Shown one piece after another: positions 9,175 to 17,714 of a DNA stretch of 64,000 bases. Source of the DNA: Roseibacillus sp. (GTDB lineage: Bacteria; Verrucomicrobiota; Verrucomicrobiia; Verrucomicrobiales; Akkermansiaceae); the NCBI GenBank assembly GCA_965242925.1, contig CBDEUM010000038.1, positions 128,001-192,000 of the forward strand, given 5' to 3'. The translations under genes and the position numbers were made by a program. The notes beneath the pieces were generated by a model. It worked only from the letters and a program-made list of their open reading frames with translations. It was not told the DNA's origin and made no database searches. Numbering within the stretch: the stretch's first letter is position 1; each line of letters opens with the position of its first letter.

Positions 9175-10614
9175 ATGAAAATACGAATGCCCGTTGACCT
9201 CGGCCTGTTCGCCGCGCTGTTGTCCCTGGTGGGGGCGGGGGCGGCGGAGGCGGAGGCAAAAAATCTCAACGTCCTTTTCATCATCTCGGACGACCTCACC
9301 GCGACGGCCCTGGGCTGTTACGGCAATAGGATCTGCAGGACTCCCAATATCGACACGCTGGCCACCCAAGGCACCCGTTTCACCAGGGCCTATTGCCAGG
9401 CCACTTTCTGCGGGCCCTCGCGGGCTTCTCTCCTGTTCGGGTATTATCCCTATGCCACCAAGGCAAACGGCTATACCAGCGGGCGTGAGAAGGTTGGCCC
9501 CGACAAGGACAGTTGGCCGCAGTACTTCCGCAGGAACGGTTATCACAGTGCCCGGGTCTCGAAGGTGTTTCACATGGGGGTGCCGCCCGATATTGTCAAG
9601 GGAGGCGACGGTGCCGACGACCCCGCGTCCTGGGACGAGAAATTCAACAGCCGCGGACCCGAGACCTGGGCTCCGGGCAAAGGGGAAACCTTGCAGGACA
9701 ATCCCGACGGCACGAAGAAGCTGGCCGGGGGCAACCGCTTCGTGGTGGTGGAGGCGGAGGGTGACGACTTGGTCCACTCCGACGGCAAGACCGCCCAGAA
9801 GACGATCGAGTTGATTCACCGCTACAAGGACCTGGACAAACCGTTCTTTCTGGCCGTTGGGTTCGTGCGTCCGCACGTCCCCTTCGTGGCCCCGAAGAAG
9901 TACTTCGACCTCTACGACCCCGAGGACATGGTCCTCCCCCCGAAAATTCCCGGTGACCGGGACGACATACCACTCAACTCTGCAAATCGCAGGACCACCG
10001 CCAACTACAGGATGAACGTGCTCCAGCAAAAGAAACTGGTGGCCGGGTATTACGCATCGGTAACCTACATGGACGCGATGGTGGGCAAGGTGCTCGAGGC
10101 CTTGGACAAAAGTGGCCAACGTGACGACACCATCGTGATCTTTACCAGCGACCACGGCTATCACCTCGGCGAACACGACATGTGGTCCAAGGTGAGCGTG
10201 CACAGGGAGTCGGCCCAGGTGCCCTTGATCATTTGTGTGCCGGGCAAGAAACCGGCGGTCTGCCATTCCTTCGCCGAGTTGCTCGATCTCTACCCCACGG
10301 TGTCGAAGTTGTGCGGCTTGAAAATACCCGGCAACCTACAGGGCAAGGACATATCGTTCATGCTCGACGACCCGGCCGTCAAGGTGCGCGACGCCGTCCT
10401 CTGCAGTGGCAAAGGCAGACTGCTCCGCACAGAAAAATGGGCTTTGCTCGACTACGGAAAGGACGGGGAACTCTATGACATGGAGAAAGATCCCAGACAA
10501 TACGACAACCTCATCGACGACCCGGCATACGCCAAGACCCTCGCCGAGCTGCGGCAAAAACTGAAAGCCAAGCTAAGCGAAATAGGCAAGAACGACCTGA
10601 GCCCAGACCAGTAG
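9175..10614 (+). CDS. Sulfatase (iduronate-2-sulfatase/choline-sulfatase-like)
   Basis: NVLFIISDDL, CGPSRAS, KVFH, GFVRPHVPF, SDHGYHLGEH. Confidence 0.92.
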   Translation: MKIRMPVDLGLFAALLSLVGAGAAEAEAKNLNVLFIISDDLTATALGCYGNRICRTPNIDTLATQGTRFTRAYCQATFCGPSRASLLFGYYPYATKANGYTSGREKVGPDKDSWPQYFRRNGYHSARVSKVFHMGVPPDIVKGGDGADDPASWDEKFNSRGPETWAPGKGETLQDNPDGTKKLAGGNRFVVVEAEGDDLVHSDGKTAQKTIELIHRYKDLDKPFFLAVGFVRPHVPFVAPKKYFDLYDPEDMVLPPKIPGDRDDIPLNSANRRTTANYRMNVLQQKKLVAGYYASVTYMDAMVGKVLEALDKSGQRDDTIVIFTSDHGYHLGEHDMWSKVSVHRESAQVPLIICVPGKKPAVCHSFAELLDLYPTVSKLCGLKIPGNLQGKDISFMLDDPAVKVRDAVLCSGKGRLLRTEKWALLDYGKDGELYDMEKDPRQYDNLIDDPAYAKTLAELRQKLKAKLSEIGKNDLSPDQ

Positions 10615-10623
10615 AAAAAAGAG

Positions 10624-13023
10624 ATGAGCACACCTCACCTATTCCTACTTGCCTTCCTGCTCCCTCTTGCAGTTTGGGCCGAGCCAGAAAAGCCGAACAT
10701 TGTTTTGATCATGGCGGATGACCTCGGAGTGGAGGGGTTGGGGTGTTATGGCGGCACGAGTTATTCCACACCGCGACTGGATCGGATGGCGGCCGAGGGA
10801 ATCCGGTTCCGGCACGCGTATTCGCAGCCGCTTTGTACGAACACGCGCATCCAGCTCATGACCGGCCGGTACAATAACCGCAACTGGACATACTTTGGCA
10901 CGCTTGATCCCAAGGCAAAGACGATCGGCCACTACATGCAGGAGGCGGGCTATCACACCTGCATTGCGGGCAAGTGGCAGCTGCAGAGTTACGATCCGCC
11001 CAGCTATCCCGGCGCGCACCTGCGCCGCGGCAAGGGCATGAAGGTGACCGAAGCGGGTTTTGACGAGTACAGCCTGTTTCATTCCTGGCACACCGAGGAC
11101 AAGGGCCTGCGCTTTGCCCAGCCGACCACATTCGAGAACGGCAAGCTGCTGAAGGAGCTGAAGGGCAAGTATGGGCCGGATCATTGGGTGGATTTCATCA
11201 ACGACTTCATCAAACGCAGGAAGGGCAGCGACAAGCCGTTCTTTGTTTATTACGCGATGGCTCTGCCACATCGTCCGTTCGAGCCCACGCCGGACAGCGC
11301 TGACTGGAACGACGGCATCCCGTCGGCCACCGAAGACACCAAATATTTTTCGGGCATGGTCGAGTACATGGACAAATGCGTCGGCCGCGTGGTGCAGCAA
11401 ATCGATGATCTCGGTTTGAGCAAAAACACGCTCGTCATTTTTTACGGCGACAACGGCACCCACCGGAAGATCACCTCGCAAACCCGGCGCGGCCCCGTGG
11501 TTGGCGGAAAGGGACGCGCCACTGATGCAGGCACACACGTGCCCTTGATCGTATGCTGGCCCGGGCGGATTCAACCGGGCATCAATGACAACCTTGTGGA
11601 CTCCACTGATTTCCTGCCCACAATTATGGAGACCGCCCAGCGCCCCATTCCCGCCCGGGCCAAGCTCGACGGCATCAGCTTTTATCCGCAACTGCTTGGC
11701 CAACCCGTCCAGCCGCGCCCGTGGGTGTTTTGCCATTACGATCCGCGGCCGGGTTGGGATAAGGATCAGTTCCGCAAAATTCGCTTTGCCCGCGACAAAC
11801 GCTTCAAGCTCTACGGCAACGGCAAACTCTACGACGTGCCCAACGATAAACTCGAGCAGAGGCCGATCACCAGGGACACTCCAGAATCCAGCGCCGCCCG
11901 CCAACACCTCGCTGCCGTGTTGAAAGCACAACCCAATCCCGACCCCGCCCAGCGCGATGGTGATCCGCGCGACACCGAGCAGCGCCTGTACCTCGCCGCC
12001 GGCGGCCAGCTCAGTGTGTATGCCCTCAACAAGGGCACCGGCCGGCTGTCGCCCCTGCAGCAGCTCCCACTTCCCGGCGCCGGCCCGTTCACCTTTGCAC
12101 CCAACCGCAAGCTGATGTACGCCACTGCCACGGTGAACGCACAAAAGAAAGATCCTGCAATCACCACGTTGGCCATCGACAAGATCGGCAAACTCAAACT
12201 CCTCAACCGCGCCGCCGTCAACCTGCGTCCCGGATATTTGATGACCGATAACAACGGAGAATTTCTCGCCGGCAACCATTACGGCCCGGGCAAGGCGACC
12301 GTATGGGAAATCGACCCGATCTATCGCGGCACCACCATCAGCGAGCTCACGCTCGAACAACGAGCGCATAGTGCCGTGTTTTCGCCGGACAACCATTGGC
12401 TGCTCGTTCCCGCCACCGGCCCGAACAAGGTGTTCATCAACCAATTCACCGCGCAGGTCGGCACCACCCAGCCACACGTCCCTCCCTTTGCCATGGGGCC
12501 CGACGGCGAATACGAGGCGCGTCAACCCCGGCATCTCATTTTTCATCCAAACCTGTCCATCGCCTACACCACCAACGAGCGTGAGCAGCCTGGTGTCGGC
12601 GCGTGGCAATGGGACACCGAGAAAGGCCGACTGACACCCATGCAAAATATCGTTACGCAACCGAAAGGGTTCACCGGTAAAATCACGACTGCCGACCTGC
12701 ACCTGACGCCAGATGCAAAGTTTCTCTACCTATCCAACCGGGACATCACCGCTCGTCACGCGCCCACCGGAAAGGACAGCATCGTCGCCTTCAGTGTCGA
12801 CCCGCAAAACGGTCGTCTAAAAAAGATCGGCTACTATCCGTGCGAACGTGTGCCGCGATCGTTCACCATTGATAAGCTCGGCAAGTTCCTTTACGTCGCA
12901 GGCCAAACCGACGCGCGACTGGGCGCGTATCGGATTGAAAACACCGGCGCACTAAAAAAAATCACGCAATACAAAGTGGGCAAAGGCCCGATCTGGGTGG
13001 AAACACTTTCTCTCCCCGAATAA
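10624..13023 (+). CDS. Sulfatase domain fused to a lactonase (6-phosphogluconolactonase/YbhE-like) beta-propeller
   Basis: N-terminal PNIVLIMADDLG...CTNTR...GKWQL. C-terminal RAHSAVFSPDN, PRHLIFHP, ADLHLTPDAKFLYLSNR, PRSFTID. Confidence 0.85.
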   Translation: MSTPHLFLLAFLLPLAVWAEPEKPNIVLIMADDLGVEGLGCYGGTSYSTPRLDRMAAEGIRFRHAYSQPLCTNTRIQLMTGRYNNRNWTYFGTLDPKAKTIGHYMQEAGYHTCIAGKWQLQSYDPPSYPGAHLRRGKGMKVTEAGFDEYSLFHSWHTEDKGLRFAQPTTFENGKLLKELKGKYGPDHWVDFINDFIKRRKGSDKPFFVYYAMALPHRPFEPTPDSADWNDGIPSATEDTKYFSGMVEYMDKCVGRVVQQIDDLGLSKNTLVIFYGDNGTHRKITSQTRRGPVVGGKGRATDAGTHVPLIVCWPGRIQPGINDNLVDSTDFLPTIMETAQRPIPARAKLDGISFYPQLLGQPVQPRPWVFCHYDPRPGWDKDQFRKIRFARDKRFKLYGNGKLYDVPNDKLEQRPITRDTPESSAARQHLAAVLKAQPNPDPAQRDGDPRDTEQRLYLAAGGQLSVYALNKGTGRLSPLQQLPLPGAGPFTFAPNRKLMYATATVNAQKKDPAITTLAIDKIGKLKLLNRAAVNLRPGYLMTDNNGEFLAGNHYGPGKATVWEIDPIYRGTTISELTLEQRAHSAVFSPDNHWLLVPATGPNKVFINQFTAQVGTTQPHVPPFAMGPDGEYEARQPRHLIFHPNLSIAYTTNEREQPGVGAWQWDTEKGRLTPMQNIVTQPKGFTGKITTADLHLTPDAKFLYLSNRDITARHAPTGKDSIVAFSVDPQNGRLKKIGYYPCERVPRSFTIDKLGKFLYVAGQTDARLGAYRIENTGALKKITQYKVGKGPIWVETLSLPE

Positions 13024-13060
13024 TCAGAACGTCATGATTCATTAGGATAAGAACACCTTT

Positions 13061-16000
13061 ATGAGTGCATCGCGGTCGTTCCTTGTTCCCGCCGTCGTAG
13101 TTATTACCGCGGCCTGCCCCCTTGTCCATGGGGAGAAGGAAGCTCCCTCCGCGGAACTTCATGAGGACTACGGTAAGGTGAAGGAGCTCCTCGCCGCGAA
13201 ATGCCATTCCTGTCACGGCGCGCTCAAGCAGAAGGCGAAGTTGCGACTGGAGACGCGCGACCTCATGCTGAAGGGCGAAGTCATCGTTCCCGGGCAGGCG
13301 GCGAAAAGCCTGCTCATTGAGCGCGTGGAGGACATGGGCGAAGACCGCATGCCACCTCCCGAGGAAGGAGCGGCCTTGAAATCCGGGGAAATCGCCCTCC
13401 TGCGCCGCTGGATTGACGGTGGGGCCAAGGCGCCAGCAGGGGAACCCGTTCCACAAGGCCCGGGCGAGCACTGGGCTTTCCAGGTGCCACGCCGCACGGC
13501 CTTGCCGGACGATGCGGGCAACCCCATCGACGCCCTGCTGCAAAAACGCCAGACAGCACTCGGGCTGAAGGCACAACCGGCGGCACAACGTACGATTCTC
13601 ATTCGTCGCCTCTACCTCGACCTTATCGGCCTGCCGCCTACGCGCGAGCAGTTACTCCGTGATGCCCGCCCATTGGAATCCATCGTGGACGAACTCCTCG
13701 CCAGTCCCCAGTACGGTGAGCGCTGGGCCCGGCACTGGATGGACGTTTGGCGCTACAGCGACTGGTACGGCCTCGGCAAGGAGATCCGCGACAGCCAGAA
13801 GCACATCTGGCGTTGGCGCGACTGGATCGTCAATTCACTCAACGAGAACAAAGGCTACGACCAGATGGTCCGCGAAATGCTCGCGGGCGATGAAATCGCG
13901 CCGAACGATCCGAAAGCACTTGCAGCCACCGGATTTCTCGCCAGGAGCTGGTTCAAATTCAACCGCACGAGCTGGCTTGACAACACGATTGAACACACGG
14001 GCAAAGCCTTCATGGGATTGACCATGAATTGCGCCAAATGCCACGATCACAAGTACGACCCCATCACTCATCTCGATTACTATAAGTTCCGGGCTATTTT
14101 TGAGCCTCACCAGGTCCGTGTTGATGCTGCCCCAGGGCAATTGGACCTGGCCGCGAACGGATTGACCCGGGTTTACGATGGCAATCCGGGGGCCGCGACC
14201 TACCTGCACAGGCGGGGAGAGGAAAGTAAGGAGGACAAGAGCAAAAAAATCAGTGCGGGCTCTCCTGCCTTCCTTGCAAGGGATGCGTGGCGAGCGCCGA
14301 AGTCGATCGAGCTTCCGATCGAAGCCCGGCGTCCCGACCTGCAAGGGTTTGTGCAGGAAGGTCTCCTTGCCCAGGCCCAGGCAAAGGTCACTCAGGCCGA
14401 AGCCCACCTGGAGAAGATGAAACTCCGGAGGGCGGCTGCAGACCGGAAAAAAGAGTTGGTGAAAAGCGAGGATGAAAAGCCTGTGCCGAAAACCGAAGAA
14501 AAAAAGCCAGCTGACGAACCTGCCGTGGGCGGACCAGTTCTCGTCGATGACTTCCGCAAAGCCCGGCCGGATCTATGGGAGCTCGTCGGCAATGACTGGC
14601 GCTACCAGGGTGGTCTGCTTTCCCTGACCAAACCATCCCTGGACACACACTGGTTACGTTCAAAAGCAACACACCCCCGGGACTTTGAAGTCAGCCTGAG
14701 GGCTCAAGCAACCGGTGGCCAGAGATGGAAATCGGTGGGCATCCGCTTTGACGTCGATCAGAGCGGGAACAATTCTCACTTTGTCTATACAAGCGTTGGT
14801 GGGACCAAGGTGCACCTGGCCCACACGATTGAAGGGAGAGATGTTTACACCAAGGCCGTCGCCAAGCGTCCGATCAAGTTGAATCAGGAGTACACGCTGA
14901 ACCTGAAAGTTCGCGGTCCGCTGATCAACGTCGCGCTGGATGGGGAATTCCTCTATGCCTACAACCTGCCGAGACGCCAGCCCGGCGCCGTTCAACTCCT
15001 CGCATATGACGCCACTGCTGACTTTTACAGTGTCGAGGTCCGGCATTTGCCTGCCGAGACGACCCTTGAGGAAGCCAGTGAAAAGGCGAAGCCGATCGTC
15101 GCCAGCGCGCCGGTGATCACGGAAAGTGTCGTCGAACTGGCAGAAGCCAAGCTGAAGCTGGCCGAGGCGGAATATGCTTTTACCAAAGCGCGAATCGATG
15201 CGGACAACGTCAATTACCGGAAAACGGGGAATGGGACGGTGGAGAATGCCCGACGCATGCTGCTTGAAATGAATCTGGCCAGTGCAAGAGTCGACTCGCT
15301 CGACTCGAAAAAAACGGCCAAAGCTTCGGAGACGATCAAGAACCTGGAAGCAGATCTCAAGGCTGGGAAATTCCCGGGCTACGAACCCCTGACCGTCAGC
15401 AAGGTGTCTCTTCTCAAGACGTCGAACAAGGACGCCCTGCCTGCGGGCGATGGTTATCCAAAGACCAGCAGCGGTCGAAGAACGGCGCTGGCGAACTGGT
15501 TGACGCACCGTGATCACCCCCTGACCGCCCGGGTGGCAGTCAACCACATCTGGCTGCGGCACTTTGGTTCTCCACTGGTCGAGTCCGTTGCTGACTTTGG
15601 CTTGAGGGCGCCGAAGCCAGTGCACCAGGACCTGTTGGATTGCCTGGCCGTCGAGTTGATCGAGTCGGGGTGGGACATGAAACGTCTTCATCGTTTGATG
15701 CTCTCATCTAGAACCTGGCAGCGTAGTTCCTCCAATCTGGCGGCGGACAAGAAGACTCTCGCCGGCGACAATAACAATCGCCACTACTGGCGCATGAACA
15801 GCCGGCGGATGGAGGCCCAGGTTCTTCGAGACAGCCTGTTGCACCTGGCCGACACGCTTGATCTAACCCGCGGCGGTCCCCCGGTCACGCCCTCACCCAA
15901 TGTGCGACGACGCAGTCTCTACTTCTTTCATTCACGAGACGGGCGTTCAAAGTTCTTGTCGGCCTTCGATGACGCCGATGTGTTTGCCTGCTACCGACGC

Positions 16001-16261
16001 AGTGAAAGCATTGTTCCGCAGCAGGCGTTGGCGATGATGAACAGTCAAACGGCGACCGCGTCAGCAAAACAGATCGCGGCAACATTCAATCCGGACATGA
16101 ATTCCGAGGATTTCGCCCGGGCTGCATTCATGAAGATTCTGGCCAGAGAACCGGCAGAGACCGAGTTGGCTGAAAGCCTGTCATATCTGCGGGATCAACC
16201 CCGGCGAGAGCATTTCATTCACGCTTTAATCAACCTCAATGACTTCCTGGTGATTCGATGA
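13061..16261 (+). CDS. Planctomycete cytochrome c + DUF1549 + inserted beta-sandwich + DUF1553 protein
   Basis: CHSCH; HWAF; RRLYLDLIGLPP; YGERWARHWMD; CAKCHDH; LTARVAVNHIW; RRSLY; PQQAL. Confidence 0.88.
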   Translation: MSASRSFLVPAVVVITAACPLVHGEKEAPSAELHEDYGKVKELLAAKCHSCHGALKQKAKLRLETRDLMLKGEVIVPGQAAKSLLIERVEDMGEDRMPPPEEGAALKSGEIALLRRWIDGGAKAPAGEPVPQGPGEHWAFQVPRRTALPDDAGNPIDALLQKRQTALGLKAQPAAQRTILIRRLYLDLIGLPPTREQLLRDARPLESIVDELLASPQYGERWARHWMDVWRYSDWYGLGKEIRDSQKHIWRWRDWIVNSLNENKGYDQMVREMLAGDEIAPNDPKALAATGFLARSWFKFNRTSWLDNTIEHTGKAFMGLTMNCAKCHDHKYDPITHLDYYKFRAIFEPHQVRVDAAPGQLDLAANGLTRVYDGNPGAATYLHRRGEESKEDKSKKISAGSPAFLARDAWRAPKSIELPIEARRPDLQGFVQEGLLAQAQAKVTQAEAHLEKMKLRRAAADRKKELVKSEDEKPVPKTEEKKPADEPAVGGPVLVDDFRKARPDLWELVGNDWRYQGGLLSLTKPSLDTHWLRSKATHPRDFEVSLRAQATGGQRWKSVGIRFDVDQSGNNSHFVYTSVGGTKVHLAHTIEGRDVYTKAVAKRPIKLNQEYTLNLKVRGPLINVALDGEFLYAYNLPRRQPGAVQLLAYDATADFYSVEVRHLPAETTLEEASEKAKPIVASAPVITESVVELAEAKLKLAEAEYAFTKARIDADNVNYRKTGNGTVENARRMLLEMNLASARVDSLDSKKTAKASETIKNLEADLKAGKFPGYEPLTVSKVSLLKTSNKDALPAGDGYPKTSSGRRTALANWLTHRDHPLTARVAVNHIWLRHFGSPLVESVADFGLRAPKPVHQDLLDCLAVELIESGWDMKRLHRLMLSSRTWQRSSSNLAADKKTLAGDNNNRHYWRMNSRRMEAQVLRDSLLHLADTLDLTRGGPPVTPSPNVRRRSLYFFHSRDGRSKFLSAFDDADVFACYRRSESIVPQQALAMMNSQTATASAKQIAATFNPDMNSEDFARAAFMKILAREPAETELAESLSYLRDQPRREHFIHALINLNDFLVIR

Positions 16262-17685
16262 ACCTCGACAGCTCATATTCTGTTTCAAGAAGGAGTGTCC
16301 TGCGGTCAGGGCTTGGCTTTGGTGCGCTGGCACTCAACGGCATCATGGCTGCAGAACAACATGTCCTGCCGGACGGAAAGCCTCGTTTCAAGCCCAGGGC
16401 AAAACGGGTGATCTGGTTGTTCATGCGAGGCGGAGTGAGTCACATGGAGAGCTTTGATCCGAAGCCCGAGCTCAACAAATATGCCGGAAAAACAATTGGC
16501 GAAACTCCTTACAAGGCCGTCCTCGATCCGCATAAAATAAGAAAGCTGCGTATACCGATCAAAGGTGATGCCAACGGCCATACCCGCACCAAGATCTTTC
16601 CCCTGCAGACTGGCTTCAGGAAATACGGGCAGTCGGGAGTTGAAGTCAGTGACTGGTTTCCGCACATCGGATCCTGCGTCGACGATATCGCGTTCATCCG
16701 CTCCATGTGGACGAGCGACAACAATCATGGCGCGCAGGTTCAGTTCCATTCCGGGCGCCACTTTCTGGATCCGCGTGTCCCGACCATTGGGGCATGGATC
16801 AACTATGGCCTTGGTTCGCTCAGTGACGACCTGCCCCAGTTCATCAACATAGGCCCGCGTTTCTTCGACAAGAAGGATGCCCATTACCTGGGTCCGGCCT
16901 ACGAGGCGGTAAACATCAAGATCGATCCCGGTAATCCTCTCGACTATGCCAGGCCAAGCGGAGGCATGACTGCTGAAACCCAGTTGAAGAACCTCAGGTT
17001 GACCAACAAGCTCAACCGACTTGCGGCGGAACAATATCCGCTTGATCCGGTCATCGAAGCCCGGATGAAGTCCTATGAGCTGGCCTATCGCATGCAGACG
17101 GCTGTTCCGGACGCAATGAACTTCAAGGAGGAATCCGCTGAAACTCGGAAGCTCTATGGGATCGACCAACAGGAAACCAAGGCCTTTGGTCAGCAGTTGC
17201 TGGCAGCCCGGCGTTTTTCCGAGCGTGGGGTGCGGTTTATCCAGATCATGCACGGTGATGGTGCCGCAGGCGCGTGGGACAATCATTCGGGATTGAAGAA
17301 GGGCCACACAAAGCTCTCCAGGCAGGTTGACCTGCCTGCCGCGGGTCTGTTGAAGGACCTGAAGCAGCGGGGACTTCTCAAGGACACCATCGTGGTGTTC
17401 GCGACCGAGTTCGGTCGCACTCCGGGTTCCCAGGGCGCAGATGGTCGCGATCATCATTCGTTCGGGTTCAGTGTCTGGATGGCAGGCGGCGGCATCAAGG
17501 GTGGTGTGATCAACGGAGCAACTGATGAGCTGGGCTACCATGCCGTCGAAGACCCTCATTACGTGACCGATGTGCACGCCACGATCAATCAGCTCATGGG
17601 CATTGATCCCCACAAGCTGGAAGTCCCCGGCCATAAGCGCCTCGAAAAGGACTTTGGCCATCCTATCCAGGACATTATATCCTGA
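16258..17685 (+). CDS. DUF1501 family protein (Tat-like signal)
   Basis: SRRSVL; AKRVIWLFMRGGVSHMESFDPKP; TEFGRTP; GRDHH; WMAGGG. ATGA overlap with the upstream gene. Confidence 0.9.
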   Translation: MNLDSSYSVSRRSVLRSGLGFGALALNGIMAAEQHVLPDGKPRFKPRAKRVIWLFMRGGVSHMESFDPKPELNKYAGKTIGETPYKAVLDPHKIRKLRIPIKGDANGHTRTKIFPLQTGFRKYGQSGVEVSDWFPHIGSCVDDIAFIRSMWTSDNNHGAQVQFHSGRHFLDPRVPTIGAWINYGLGSLSDDLPQFINIGPRFFDKKDAHYLGPAYEAVNIKIDPGNPLDYARPSGGMTAETQLKNLRLTNKLNRLAAEQYPLDPVIEARMKSYELAYRMQTAVPDAMNFKEESAETRKLYGIDQQETKAFGQQLLAARRFSERGVRFIQIMHGDGAAGAWDNHSGLKKGHTKLSRQVDLPAAGLLKDLKQRGLLKDTIVVFATEFGRTPGSQGADGRDHHSFGFSVWMAGGGIKGGVINGATDELGYHAVEDPHYVTDVHATINQLMGIDPHKLEVPGHKRLEKDFGHPIQDIIS

Positions 17686-17714
17686 GTCCGAAAGACAATG
17701 AACCCTTCGATCCA

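Noticed and set aside
4547..12702. Long antisense ORFs (4547-6178, 8029-10266, 10645-12702; similarly 16306-17811, 28862-31081, 53725-54897)
   Set aside because: Shadows of well-supported genes on the opposite strand, expected from GC-rich codon bias; no recognisable motifs.
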